Positions 10,284 to 20,205 of a stretch of 64,000 nt of DNA are shown in pieces. This DNA comes from a virus, in IMG/VR virus record IMGVR_UViG_3300020470_003428, positions 1-64,000 of that record; one strand, written 5' to 3'. The notes under the pieces are model-generated. The model did no database searches. It was not told where the DNA came from and saw only the letters and a program-made list of their open reading frames with translations. Position numbers and translations under genes: made by a program. Every line of letters begins with the position of its first letter. Position 1 is the first letter of the stretch.

Positions 10284-10625
10284 ATGGCCTCTGGAATTAA
10301 GGGTACCAACAAACCTGCTAGTGGAAGTTCATCCTTTGATTACTCAACAACGCCTTTATTTACCGCAAGTGCTACTACTACGGTAATTCTGTCAGCGTGT
10401 AATCAGAACTCTACTTCCGATACAATCCGTATTTGCATCGCTCCTGGTTCAGATTCTGCAACCTCTGGAACGATTAGTGCTGGTTATTACTTGGAATATG
10501 ATTACCCACTAGCTGGAAACACAGCAATAGAAAGAACGGGAATCACAATGGAAGCAAGTAGCCGTATGTGGGTCGGCAGCGGTGGCGGAAATGTTTCCTT
10601 CGTGGCCTACGGCCTAGAATCGTAA
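10284..10625 (+). CDS. putative tail-associated protein
   Basis: YYLEYD..L.....ERTGI....VSFVAYG.E motif seen in cyanophage virion proteins. Confidence 0.6.
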   Translation: MASGIKGTNKPASGSSSFDYSTTPLFTASATTTVILSACNQNSTSDTIRICIAPGSDSATSGTISAGYYLEYDYPLAGNTAIERTGITMEASSRMWVGSGGGNVSFVAYGLES

Positions 10626-10634
10626 GAGGTAAAA

Positions 10635-10964
10635 ATGGGACGTAAACTTTCTTTCTCAGGTGCCGTACCTGACGCAAAAAGGGATTGGGTAACCAAGACC
10701 AGTGCTTATACAGCTGTTTCAGGCGATGCTCTACTTTTAGATTCTTCAGGAGGAGCGTTTACTGTCACATTGCCAGCTTCTCCTCAAGCAGACGATTACG
10801 TCGATTTTGCTGATGGTGCAGGAAGCTTAGGCACTAATAACGTCACGATTGCTCGTAACAGTGAAAATATTTGTGGCACTGCAGACGACTTAGAATGTGA
10901 TTTAAAGAACGTGGGTTGGACCATGGTTTACAAAGACTCAACACAAGGCTGGAGGATTGCTTAA
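10635..10964 (+). CDS. tail-fibre N-terminal-type protein
   Basis: KTSAYTAVSGD..L.DSSGGAFTVTLPASP...GW motif. Confidence 0.65.
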   Translation: MGRKLSFSGAVPDAKRDWVTKTSAYTAVSGDALLLDSSGGAFTVTLPASPQADDYVDFADGAGSLGTNNVTIARNSENICGTADDLECDLKNVGWTMVYKDSTQGWRIA

Positions 10965-12577
10965 TGGCTACTTTATTATCAGCATTAATCGGATCAAGCG
11001 CTTCGTCGACAGGAGAAGACAATCGCGAATTTAAGAACTTCCAAGATTGGTACGGTTACTATGCTGGAGGACAAAGTAACACCTTCAACTTTGCCACTCC
11101 TCAGTCAACTAGAGACCCTGGTAACACCTCAGGAGGAACAGGTACTGGTGCGCAAAACAGAAGAGCACCTGACAACACAACATTTAACTGGGATGTTCCT
11201 AATGGTGTAACAAAAGTAAGAATCACTTGCCTAGGTGGTGGTGGTGGTGGTGGTCACTATCGCTCGCATTATCATGGTGACTCTGGTGGTTCTGGTGGAG
11301 CTTTTGGTAGTGGAGAATTTAACGTTACAGCTGGTGAGACTTTACAAATTTTTGTAGGACGTGGTGGATGGGGTCGCTATCAAGATGCTGGTTGGGCTGG
11401 CTCAGGACAGACTACTAGTGTGCAGGCTGCAAGTGGTAGTGGTGGATCTGGTCATATCAACGTACAAGCTGGAGGTGGTGGTGGTGGATATCATCAAAGC
11501 AATGTTCAAGGGCCTGGTTCTGCAACTGTAAACGGAAGCGACCTAATAAGTGGTACGAACATTGCCTACACAGGCGGTCGTGGTGGCTACGGTTCTCCTA
11601 ACGGTTTTGGATGGGGTCCAGAGGGTTACCCAACAGGTGGTGGCGGATCATGTGCTAGCTATAAAAGAGATGGTTATAGAGGAGGCAACGGAGATAATGG
11701 AGGCTACGGATATGGTGGAGCCGGTGGTGGTGGAATAGGAGGAGAAGGTGGAAATGTTTCCGGTAATAACAGCCCTAGTAACGTTGAATTTTGGGGCGCA
11801 GGAGGTGGTGGATCAAATGGCACTGGTGTGAATGGCTACCCAAGTGGTGGTGGATCAACCTACGACCCTAAGGGAGGCGACGGTGCTTCAGGAGTCTCTG
11901 CAGGAGGTGGCGGTGGCTACACAGGACAAGGTGAGAAAAACGTCGCAGGAACAAACAGCGGTCAAAAGGTATACACGGGCTATAGTAGTGCTGATTGGTA
12001 TTACTACGGTTCTGGAAGCCGTTATGGAGATGGTGTAGGCACTAGCTATGGTGGAACAGGCGGCGGTGGTAGTAGCAGCCAGTACGAGCAGAGCTTTGGT
12101 GGAGGCGGTGGTGGTGGTACCACAAGCTATCCAAACGCTAAGACATTTAATGGAATCTTAGGAAGACTATTTGGCGGAGGAGGATGCGGAGCTCCTAGAA
12201 ACGACAACAACTTCGGAAATACTTGCCACAGTGCTGGAAATGGAGGTGCCGGTGCAGGCGGTGGTGGCGCTGCAAGCGAAGAAAACCAAAGCCGCAACGA
12301 TTACCAAAACATGGCTAACTACTGTACATTTAGTACAACTGATTTGGCTTGGTACGTTAACGACAATAGATTAACGGATAACGGCTACAGGATTAATGGT
12401 AACGGAGGTCATGGCGGCGCATTAGGCGGCGGTGGCGGTGGTAACTCCCAGAATGGAGCGATGGGAGGCAACGGTGGAATTGGTGCTGGTGGTGGCGGTG
12501 CAACCGGTCATTACAACCCAAGTTCTAATGGTCAGGCTGGTGCGGGTGGCCCAGGCTACGTTCTCATCGAATGGTAA
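10964..12577 (+). CDS. glycine-rich tail fibre/receptor-binding protein
   Basis: W.VPNGVTKVRITCLGGGGGGG and C-terminal GGPGYVLIEW; start at TAATG 10964. Confidence 0.75.
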   Translation: MATLLSALIGSSASSTGEDNREFKNFQDWYGYYAGGQSNTFNFATPQSTRDPGNTSGGTGTGAQNRRAPDNTTFNWDVPNGVTKVRITCLGGGGGGGHYRSHYHGDSGGSGGAFGSGEFNVTAGETLQIFVGRGGWGRYQDAGWAGSGQTTSVQAASGSGGSGHINVQAGGGGGGYHQSNVQGPGSATVNGSDLISGTNIAYTGGRGGYGSPNGFGWGPEGYPTGGGGSCASYKRDGYRGGNGDNGGYGYGGAGGGGIGGEGGNVSGNNSPSNVEFWGAGGGGSNGTGVNGYPSGGGSTYDPKGGDGASGVSAGGGGGYTGQGEKNVAGTNSGQKVYTGYSSADWYYYGSGSRYGDGVGTSYGGTGGGGSSSQYEQSFGGGGGGGTTSYPNAKTFNGILGRLFGGGGCGAPRNDNNFGNTCHSAGNGGAGAGGGGAASEENQSRNDYQNMANYCTFSTTDLAWYVNDNRLTDNGYRINGNGGHGGALGGGGGGNSQNGAMGGNGGIGAGGGGATGHYNPSSNGQAGAGGPGYVLIEW

Positions 12578-12608
12578 TAGAATAAAAGTAAATTAATTAA
12601 ACAGACAC

Positions 12609-12863
12609 ATGGCACCTTGGGCTCGAATTGCAGATTTACCAACCAAAGCGGGAGGAACCGCTAAAGGGGTAAAAGAAATCCGTGGCGACGGAGGCGAAAT
12701 GATGGGCGCTGATTGGGTGGAATGCGATGACACCGTCGTCGAATGGGCTTCTTACGACGAGTCTTCTAAGACTTTTGGAGCATTAGTGTGGGACACATCA
12801 ACCGACACTAGCGCTCCAGAAGATGGGGAGAAGTACGCAACTGAATTTAAAGGCGTAGGATAA
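12609..12863 (+). CDS. small acidic protein, possible tail-fibre accessory
   Basis: 84 aa directly after the Gly-rich fibre. Confidence 0.45.
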   Translation: MAPWARIADLPTKAGGTAKGVKEIRGDGGEMMGADWVECDDTVVEWASYDESSKTFGALVWDTSTDTSAPEDGEKYATEFKGVG

Positions 12864-12915
12864 ACCTAGATTTATATAGTATTGTCGTTACACTATCTGT
12901 AATGGATATTATGTA

Positions 12916-13740
12916 ATGTCAGAAAAAATAAGTCCTGAGACAGAAACGACTACCAAGGAAGGGCAGTATGGGGTAGCTGATAATACCTTGAAAATGGAGG
13001 ATTTTGGCTCTCCTAGAGAGTATGACTTAGCAGCAGAATATGGAACCTATAGAAAAGATATCTTTGCAACACCTATATACGTGGGAGAAGATGCTGATCA
13101 TGCATCCCTAACTGATAAATATTTAAAGAAAGGTTATGAATTGTTTGACAGATTAGAGGAAGCTGGGACGGTTTCAGATGGTTGGTCGAAAGGTGAAACT
13201 ACCTCGTCTACCAAAATTAAAGATACAAAAGGAGTTACAAGTTTTTTTAATGGAAATTTAGCCCCTGATCCTGAGTGGGCTGAATTTAATGAATATATTT
13301 TAGGGATGGCTTTGACCATGCTAAAAGATACTGTTCCTGAAAAACTACTGCATGGTTTTACGATTGCTAATAGTTGGTTAACCTTATATCCCAATGGTGC
13401 TTATGTCCCAGAACATATTCATTCATGCTTTGAAGTTAGCGGTGTTTATTATCTAAAAGCGCAAGGAGAGCAAAAATCTGGAATGATTAGTTTTAAAGAT
13501 CCATCATGGGTTGCTAAAACAATGAATATTTGGGGTCAAGGTAGCAGGATATTCCCTGGTCCTTCTACTGTTATGGAATTTGCCGTGAAATCTGGAATGA
13601 TGGTACTATTTCCTTCTTGGTTGCCACATTCAACAATGCCAAATGAATCAGGAGAGGATCGTATGATTTATAGTTTTAACTTGATTACTGATAATGCAAG
13701 ATTAAGATTGGTTCATAATCATGGTCATTTAAATCGATAA
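12916..13740 (+). CDS. 2OG-Fe(II) oxygenase (TIGR02466-like)
   Basis: EHIH...SGVYY...FPSWLPH...RMIYSFN. Confidence 0.85.
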   Translation: MSEKISPETETTTKEGQYGVADNTLKMEDFGSPREYDLAAEYGTYRKDIFATPIYVGEDADHASLTDKYLKKGYELFDRLEEAGTVSDGWSKGETTSSTKIKDTKGVTSFFNGNLAPDPEWAEFNEYILGMALTMLKDTVPEKLLHGFTIANSWLTLYPNGAYVPEHIHSCFEVSGVYYLKAQGEQKSGMISFKDPSWVAKTMNIWGQGSRIFPGPSTVMEFAVKSGMMVLFPSWLPHSTMPNESGEDRMIYSFNLITDNARLRLVHNHGHLNR

Positions 13741-14372
13741 TGCTTGGAGATTATTACGTTTTAAAAGGTGTTTTAAATAAGAAAGAATGCCAAGATGTCA
13801 TTGATCATTACGATCCAAAATGTAAAGCTTCTCGTGTTGGAGGTGATGATAGTGCGGGAACAGGAAAATTAAGGAGTAATAAACGAAATTCTAAAAATGC
13901 ATGGGTCATCCCTGAGGAGTTAGAAGAGGAAGGAATGCTAGGTGTAGCTATAGCAGTTAAGAAAATGGTGAGAACTTATTTAGAAGTGTCACGGGATATT
14001 TTTAGGACTCCTATCGATCACTTGGAAACGCCTCAGTTTACAAAATACGAGGAACAAGATCATTATCAATGGCATATAGATGCAGGTATTGATCATTCTT
14101 CTTTTCGAGATGTATCTGCCACGATGTTGTTATCTCAAGTTGATGAGGATTTTACTGGTGGAATGTTGAAGTTTTTTCCTCATCCATCATCAAAGCATTA
14201 TTTTGATCGAGGTGATATGATTCTTTTTTCTTCGAATTACGCTCATCGAGTTTGCCGTGTAACTTCCGGCACAAGGTATTCTATTGTCTTATGGGGAGGC
14301 AGAGAACAACCTAGCAAAGTCCAGCGCAATAAAGATTTGGAAGAGGAAGGTGGTTGGGGGTTGGCTAATTAA
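13740..14372 (+). CDS. 2OG-Fe(II) oxygenase (prolyl-4-hydroxylase-like)
   Basis: YQWHID...FTGG.L...HRVCRVTSGTRYS. Confidence 0.85.
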   Translation: MLGDYYVLKGVLNKKECQDVIDHYDPKCKASRVGGDDSAGTGKLRSNKRNSKNAWVIPEELEEEGMLGVAIAVKKMVRTYLEVSRDIFRTPIDHLETPQFTKYEEQDHYQWHIDAGIDHSSFRDVSATMLLSQVDEDFTGGMLKFFPHPSSKHYFDRGDMILFSSNYAHRVCRVTSGTRYSIVLWGGREQPSKVQRNKDLEEEGGWGLAN

Positions 14373-15013
14373 TGGATGTAGGTCATTTACCATTATTTGC
14401 ATCTAATGTTTTCTATTTAAAAGCAGATCACATAGATGTTGAACCTATCAAGAAGATTGATAGTGGGTTCGTTAAAGCAGCCCAATACACTGGCGAGGAT
14501 GTAGGGGTTATTGATACAAGTCGACCAAATTACAGAGTCTTAGATTCAATCCCTGAAACAAAAGAGGCTTTATTAGAAATCTTCAAGAGAATTAATCACG
14601 ATTTACTGAGATATGATAATGATTGGGCAATTTCCACTTCTTGGCTAACAGTTACTGAAAAAGGTTGTGATGGTCAATTACATAACCATCGCAATTGTTT
14701 TTATAGTGGTATTTTTTATTTTGATCATTACGAAGAAGAAGGAATGTCTTCTTTAGAAATAATGACACCACTGCAATACCACGGTGGTTACCAATTAAAA
14801 AGATTGAATGATGAGTTTGGACCTCCTATAACCGTCGCTGATCAATGGGAAATTCCACCGGAACATAAGAAGTTAATTTTATTTCCTAGTTATTTGGTTC
14901 ATAAAATAGGAAAACAAAAAGCAGATAAACCTAGGTATTCGTTAGCCTTTAATATTGTTCCCATAGCTCCTTATGGTGTTGCAGATTCACAAGCACTTGA
15001 TTTGTCTAAGTAG
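14372..15013 (+). CDS. 2OG-Fe(II) oxygenase (TIGR02466-like)
   Basis: HNHRN.FYSGIFY...FPSYLVH...RYSLAFN. Confidence 0.85.
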   Translation: MDVGHLPLFASNVFYLKADHIDVEPIKKIDSGFVKAAQYTGEDVGVIDTSRPNYRVLDSIPETKEALLEIFKRINHDLLRYDNDWAISTSWLTVTEKGCDGQLHNHRNCFYSGIFYFDHYEEEGMSSLEIMTPLQYHGGYQLKRLNDEFGPPITVADQWEIPPEHKKLILFPSYLVHKIGKQKADKPRYSLAFNIVPIAPYGVADSQALDLSK

Positions 15014-15045
15014 CATAGCTATTGTCTAGAAACATTAGGAGCACC

Positions 15046-15345
15046 ATGGAAGACACGATGACCCCTTTGCAAAGGGTAAGAAACAATCAGAATAGATCTG
15101 ACTATATGAGCTATCTATATGATCTATATCGAAGAGATGATGCGCCCATACCTCTTAGAAATACTTATACAGGATTAGCCGAACTACATGCTAAACATTT
15201 AGGTAAAAGAGAAATTGATCGCCAAGTGGAGTTATGGCATGACGAGAAACATCAGGGTCAGATTCGTGCATATGATGCAGCAAATCCTGTACGTCTTGAT
15301 TTCAATCCTATACAACCTAATGATGAAACTGAGACATCCGATTAG
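15046..15345 (+). CDS. hypothetical cyanophage protein
   Basis: ORF; ATG 15046 follows AGGAG. Confidence 0.55.
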   Translation: MEDTMTPLQRVRNNQNRSDYMSYLYDLYRRDDAPIPLRNTYTGLAELHAKHLGKREIDRQVELWHDEKHQGQIRAYDAANPVRLDFNPIQPNDETETSD

Positions 15346-15529
15346 TACTCCACAACAAAAGGTAACTGCTGTTGTAGCTACAAGAGATTTCCTTTTACGT
15401 CTAACGAATGTAAAAGAGACGCCACGCATTCCGAGAGAAGTACGTCGGGAAGCTAAAACATTGCTCAGACACTATCCTTTGATATCAGAGTTGAAGCCTA
15501 TCCTGGAAAAGGAACTGTCACAAACCTAA
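15320..15529 (+). CDS. BPSL0761-like small protein
   Basis: TP.Q...A...TRDFLLRL....TPRIPREVRREA..LLRHYP. Confidence 0.6.
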   Translation: MMKLRHPISTPQQKVTAVVATRDFLLRLTNVKETPRIPREVRREAKTLLRHYPLISELKPILEKELSQT

Positions 15530-15586
15530 TAAAATTGTTACAAATTATGTATAAGATGAGAACTGTTATTTAAAATAATCAGTTCT

Positions 15587-15958
15587 GTGTTAAAGACTGC
15601 ATACGCTGCTTCTGCACTTGCTTTAGTGCTAGCTCCAGCAACATTTGCTGGCCCTTATCTCAATGTCGAAACTAATGCTAGTTGGACAGATAAGAAATAT
15701 ACAAACGCTACTACTGACGTTCACGTTGGTTATGCAGGTGCTAATGATACTGGTAAGGTTTCTTACTACGTACAAGGTGGTCCAGCATTCGTAGCTGTTA
15801 AGGATCAAGATACTGAGACTCGTCTTTCAGGAAAAGCTGGTGGAAGTATTGCTATCACTGAAGCTACTGATGTTTATGGTGAAGTTTCTTTCCTTACAGG
15901 AGAAGAGAAAGAAGATTTCGGTACAGGTGGAAAGGTAGGAGTTAAGTACAGCTTCTAG
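15587..15958 (+). CDS. small outer-membrane beta-barrel protein (picocyanobacterial type)
   Basis: Signal peptide, AGPYLNVETNA, alternating beta strands, C-terminal KVGVKYSF. Confidence 0.75.
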   Translation: MLKTAYAASALALVLAPATFAGPYLNVETNASWTDKKYTNATTDVHVGYAGANDTGKVSYYVQGGPAFVAVKDQDTETRLSGKAGGSIAITEATDVYGEVSFLTGEEKEDFGTGGKVGVKYSF

Positions 15959-16025
15959 TCGTAATCAGGATACTAAGACTTATTACTATATAGAATAGGT
16001 AATGAGTCTTAGTCCCTATTCATAA

Positions 16026-16745
16026 ATGCAAAGTAGGCTTAAAAACCTCTACGATGAACGCCAAAGGATGGCGGGTAGAGATGCACAACTTTTAGCGCTG
16101 CTAGCTGCTTCTATGACTGGAGGTGTAGGAGCTTTAGGAACTGCTGATTTGGTTTTAGGTGATAAGAAAGCTTGGAATTCAGGCGAGATTCCTTTGAACG
16201 CAATGATCAGCCTGATACCGGCTTTATCTGGAGGTGTCGGATATGGAGCATATACATTAGCAGACCCCATATTGAGGGAACAGTTTTTGAATTTCATGAG
16301 CAAGGATGTAGCTCATGATGCAGGACAAGTTATGGGTCGACAACCATTCAGAAGAGCAGATGGTACTACGGGCAATATTGATTTCCCCTTGGGAGTATAT
16401 GAGTATGACTATGATGCTGCTCCTTTCAAGAGTCAGAAAGTTCAAATGAAAGATGGTGTTGCAGTTGGTCCGGGAGTATCACCTAAGAGAGAGGCAGAAG
16501 CAAAGAAAGTTTTAGCTGACATATATGAGGCAGCGCAGAAACAGGGAGGGGCAACAGTTGACCCAGTTAATGATTATAAGATGAGCAATACTGCTGTTCT
16601 AAATAGAAGGCATAGGAACAGGATGGCTGCCACTGCATTAGCGACCTTACTAGGAGGCGGTTTTGCTGTTAATCAACTAAACAAAAACGACAATATGGAT
16701 GTCTTAGGCGATATCAAACGCCAAGCTCTACTTGCTCACTCTTAA
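16026..16745 (+). CDS. hypothetical protein with hydrophobic segments
   Basis: 239-aa ORF. Confidence 0.6.
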   Translation: MQSRLKNLYDERQRMAGRDAQLLALLAASMTGGVGALGTADLVLGDKKAWNSGEIPLNAMISLIPALSGGVGYGAYTLADPILREQFLNFMSKDVAHDAGQVMGRQPFRRADGTTGNIDFPLGVYEYDYDAAPFKSQKVQMKDGVAVGPGVSPKREAEAKKVLADIYEAAQKQGGATVDPVNDYKMSNTAVLNRRHRNRMAATALATLLGGGFAVNQLNKNDNMDVLGDIKRQALLAHS

Positions 16746-16750
16746 TTACC

Positions 16751-17113
16751 ATGGAACTCGCTGGCAAAAAACTGGGACTTACCCCAACAACTGTTGGAGA
16801 TATTGCCCAAGCAACACAAGAAGGGAAATCTGAGGAGAACGTCAACATGTTCACTCAGATAATGAAAACCCTGAGTTCTATTGTTGGACCTAGAGAAGGT
16901 GAATTCAATACTGGAACAGGCATTCAACCAGAAGGAATGCATCCTTATCAAAAGGAACTCTTATTGCAAAGACAGATGGAGGAAGCGAGAGAGGAGGCTA
17001 AGAAGCAAAAGCAAAAAGAATTGGCGCCAGGAATAAGTGATCTTCTTTATAGAGGTGACACAGGATTAAGAAAAATCCATCCTTTCTATTCAGGTGAGGG
17101 CTGGGGACCTTAA
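16751..17113 (+). CDS. hypothetical protein
   Basis: 120-aa ORF. Confidence 0.55.
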   Translation: MELAGKKLGLTPTTVGDIAQATQEGKSEENVNMFTQIMKTLSSIVGPREGEFNTGTGIQPEGMHPYQKELLLQRQMEEAREEAKKQKQKELAPGISDLLYRGDTGLRKIHPFYSGEGWGP

Positions 17114-18294
17114 TGCCTAAGCGGATTAGCAAAGAAGAATTTGATGCTCGCTTTGGAAAGAGAAGATTTTCCGAGCAAGAGTTGTTTGAAAGAGGATTGT
17201 CGACAGATCCTAACGGTCAAGTTCGTCCCACTGCTGAAGTATTTAACGATCTCTTTATTGATGGCGTTAACCGTTTAGGCCTAAGTCATCCAGAAGCTAA
17301 AGCAAGAGCGAATAGGTATTTTGGACGTAATACAGATCCTCTAAGCCATACGCAAGCAGGACCAGAATTACAGTCTTTAGTTACGAAAGCTCAGGCTAGT
17401 CCACCTCCTCCGGCGGATATTCTAAATGCTCCAGCAAGTCCTGCGGCACAAAGAGTTAGGACTGAAGCTCAGTTAGACGATAGTGCTTTGAGGGATATTT
17501 CTGATGATTTTCGTAGTATGTTTGGTGAAGTAAATGCTGATTTTTCTAATGTAGGCCCTGACAAGAGAGATTGGATTAGGGCTAAACAGATCGCAGACAA
17601 TATAGATTCTTATCAATATTCTTTAAATAACGTTTCTGCATTTGGAGGTAGTTCCAAGCCTTATCCTTTGTCACCTCAAGACAGCCAATTTGTTTCTGAT
17701 TTCTTCAAGAAACAGATGATATATGACGACGGGGCTGGCACTAATGTTTATGGGCGTGAAGGTGACGCAGAAGCTACTCGTCAATTCTATGATTTGCTTT
17801 ATGACTTGGAAGTCGGTTCTGGAAAGAATGCAAAGACAAGAAGACAGATTAGTGACGAATTAGATGCTAAACGCTTTGCAGAAGAAGAAGCATTGTTTGC
17901 CGCAGAACAAGCTGCTAAAGCAACTCCAGTTCAGAAACAAGTTACAGATGATATATGGTCAGACAATTCATCTATAGATCCTAGGAATATTCCTGTCACG
18001 CCAGATTCTGTATCAAGAACTGATCTATGGGGTGGAGGAAGTGTACCTCCTGATCAGGTTTCTCCTAGTTCTAGGCAGCCATATATTTATCCTGAGGATT
18101 TACAATTAGCAGTTCGAATGCTTAATGAAGCTAAAGAAACTAAATCACCCACGGGTAATCGAATGAGTATGAAGTTTTCGCCTGAATTAATAGCTGCCTT
18201 ACTGGTTCCCTCTGCTGTAGTATCACCTCTAGTTCTTGATGAGATAGGACAACCGAAACCAAAAGATGAAAAAGCCTTACAAAAAACTTATTAA
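17113..18294 (+). CDS. hypothetical protein with C-terminal hydrophobic segment
   Basis: 393-aa ORF, TAATG coupling. Confidence 0.6.
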   Translation: MPKRISKEEFDARFGKRRFSEQELFERGLSTDPNGQVRPTAEVFNDLFIDGVNRLGLSHPEAKARANRYFGRNTDPLSHTQAGPELQSLVTKAQASPPPPADILNAPASPAAQRVRTEAQLDDSALRDISDDFRSMFGEVNADFSNVGPDKRDWIRAKQIADNIDSYQYSLNNVSAFGGSSKPYPLSPQDSQFVSDFFKKQMIYDDGAGTNVYGREGDAEATRQFYDLLYDLEVGSGKNAKTRRQISDELDAKRFAEEEALFAAEQAAKATPVQKQVTDDIWSDNSSIDPRNIPVTPDSVSRTDLWGGGSVPPDQVSPSSRQPYIYPEDLQLAVRMLNEAKETKSPTGNRMSMKFSPELIAALLVPSAVVSPLVLDEIGQPKPKDEKALQKTY

Positions 18295-18391
18295 ACTAAG
18301 CAAAAAAGCCGAGCAATGTTCTACTAGAGAAGAAGCTCAACTTCTCATTAAAAAAGCCAGTAAATGGCATAAAAAATTACAATCAATTTAA
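18266..18391 (+). CDS. small basic cyanophage-type protein (41 aa, not in track)
   Basis: MKKPYKKLIKLSKKAEQCSTREEAQLLIKKASKWHKKLQSI; coupled to next ORF. Confidence 0.5.
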   Translation: MKKPYKKLIKLSKKAEQCSTREEAQLLIKKASKWHKKLQSI

Positions 18392-18564
18392 TGAATTTTT
18401 ACAGTGATCCAGCAGCTTTTCAGCTTGCTATTCTATTTCCGTTTATCCCATTAATTTGCGTAGGAATTGTTACTTTCGCTTTAGGCTATGACATGCGTGA
18501 TGATAATGATGATGATGATGATGATAGAGGTACTTTAGTTCCTGTAATGTATCCTGCGTCTTAA
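18391..18564 (+). CDS. small membrane protein with poly-Asp tail (57 aa, not in track)
   Basis: TM segment, then poly-Asp and RGTLVPV, a pattern of picocyanobacterial/cyanophage small proteins. Confidence 0.6.
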   Translation: MNFYSDPAAFQLAILFPFIPLICVGIVTFALGYDMRDDNDDDDDDRGTLVPVMYPAS

Positions 18565-18710
18565 TCGTCAACAGGTTTAAAAACTTCTACGAAGGCATGA
18601 CATTTAGGACATGTCAGGATTGTTACGATAGACCATTCATCCATTAGATTCGGATCAACTGTTTTGTCTGGGCCGCGATCAAGAGGAGTATTGCAATAAA
18701 GACAGTTCAT
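18561..18710 (-). CDS. small CxxC...CxxC zinc-ribbon protein (49 aa, not in track)
   Basis: MNCLYCNTPL...SIVTILTCPKCHAFVEVF. Confidence 0.65.
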   Translation of the reverse strand: MNCLYCNTPLDRGPDKTVDPNLMDEWSIVTILTCPKCHAFVEVFKPVDD

Positions 18711-18751
18711 ATTTTAAAAAGCCTAATATTAATGTAGCGGTTTAAAATTAC

Positions 18752-19192
18752 ATGGCTACTGAAGAAGTAATTCAGGAAGAACCTAAGAAAAGTATTTTCC
18801 AAAAAATAAAGGAAAAGATAGATGATAAGGAAGAACAGTTTGAATACATCTCAGTCGCAGTAAGGCTTCTCGTGGTTTTCTGGTCCGGAGCCCTGGTGAC
18901 CTTAAATTATTTGCCAAAGATTCCTGGCCTAACGTCAGGGGAAAAACAGGATATAACTTTTCCGGCTTCTCTCCTGGCTTCGTCGCTTGCAAGTTTTGGC
19001 CTGGAGAAGAGTGCTAAAAAGAAAGGCGATGGAACATATGATGTTAATTCAGAGGATAAGCCATTAAGTAAGAAAGAAATGTTGGCTTTAATGTCAAACC
19101 AAGGCGGTGGCTTCCAGACAATTCGTGTAGAGACTCCGATTAAGATATTAGGTGCAGACGTTGTTGATTCTTCCAAAAAGGTTAAGTCATGA
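18752..19192 (+). CDS. cyanophage membrane protein
   Basis: Two TM segments then AKKKGDGT, as in cyanomyophage conserved proteins. Confidence 0.65.
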   Translation: MATEEVIQEEPKKSIFQKIKEKIDDKEEQFEYISVAVRLLVVFWSGALVTLNYLPKIPGLTSGEKQDITFPASLLASSLASFGLEKSAKKKGDGTYDVNSEDKPLSKKEMLALMSNQGGGFQTIRVETPIKILGADVVDSSKKVKS

Positions 19193-19401
19193 CTTGCGAG
19201 AACCATTCGAATGTAGACGCCTCTCAGGAGACCCGCCTGACAGTGCAAGCTCTCAAAATCGAAAGATTGGAAGAGAAGCAAGAGGAGTTACGTGAACGCC
19301 TCAAGGTTGTAGAGAAGTGGGTTATCGGGGCTGCAGCAGTATTGGCAGCCGGGGTGACTTTAATAGGGTTCGCTACGAATATATCGAAAGCATATTTATG
19401 A
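19189..19401 (+). CDS. coiled-coil + TM small protein
   Basis: KIERLEEKQEELRERL..VEKW + hydrophobic tail. Confidence 0.6.
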   Translation: MTCENHSNVDASQETRLTVQALKIERLEEKQEELRERLKVVEKWVIGAAAVLAAGVTLIGFATNISKAYL

Positions 19402-19586
19402 TCGAAAAAACGGTAGATCCACAATTAGTATTTGTTATAGGTAGTTTAGTAACCATTCTTTTGGGTGCTATTAGCTACGGAATTTATTTAACTCTTGGAA
19501 GTGGATCTAAAGATTTAAGAGATCCTATTGATGAACACGCCAAGATGCACGAGTTGGGTATAGCTCACGGACATCGTAAAAAATAA
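19398..19586 (+). CDS. psbN: PsbN-like protein
   Basis: TM helix + YGIYLTLGSGSKDLRDPIDEH (PsbN FGPPSKxLxDPFxEHE consensus); ATGA overlap at 19398. Confidence 0.7.
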   Translation: MIEKTVDPQLVFVIGSLVTILLGAISYGIYLTLGSGSKDLRDPIDEHAKMHELGIAHGHRKK

Positions 19587-19622
19587 TTACCTACTATAAG
19601 TAGAGACGTCTAAATTTTTCCC

Positions 19623-20153
19623 ATGAAGCGCGTAGTGTTACCAGCGCTGTTGCTCACATCTCTTGCAGCGCCTGCGATGGCAGATATAACGCATAGTCTG
19701 AGTTCTTCGGTTCAATTGACCGTGGATGGGGCCAGTTCAGTGGCGACCAGGGTGCCAAGTACATATAGCGTGTCGGGTACAAATATAAAAGTTGGCACTG
19801 GTAATAGCGACGTATTTGGAGGTTTGACCGCTGGATCGGCTACTGCTGCACCGACAATGAAGGCCGGTACCTACGATTTGAATGTCTCCGGAAATCAATT
19901 CAGCTTTTCAGAAAGTTGGCTCCAAGGGGACGCCATACCTGCTATTAATGCAGGTTCGACTGTGTCAACCACAACCGGTCAGGTACAGTCCATTCCGGCG
20001 TTTGGCTCGACTACAACATTTGCCGGTGGAACAAAAGGTACGTTGGCCGGTGGAGTCTCAAGTTTATCCGGTGGAACAGTTACTTCGCTAACCGCCGGTG
20101 GCGCCGGTACTACCGCTATTGGACAATTCATATCTACTCTTAACGTGAAGTAG
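19623..20153 (+). CDS. exported cyanophage protein
   Basis: Signal peptide + ADITHSLSSSVQLTVD, as in a conserved cyanomyophage cluster. Confidence 0.65.
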   Translation: MKRVVLPALLLTSLAAPAMADITHSLSSSVQLTVDGASSVATRVPSTYSVSGTNIKVGTGNSDVFGGLTAGSATAAPTMKAGTYDLNVSGNQFSFSESWLQGDAIPAINAGSTVSTTTGQVQSIPAFGSTTTFAGGTKGTLAGGVSSLSGGTVTSLTAGGAGTTAIGQFISTLNVK

Positions 20154-20205
20154 ATGGGCAATGTTTTCAGTATCCGTGAGACCGGTTGCCCCGATTGTTG
20201 GCGCA

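Noticed and set aside
8592-12577. Diversity-generating retroelement or invertible tail-fibre system
   Set aside because: No reverse transcriptase, TR/VR pair or invertase seen; repeats are protein-level only
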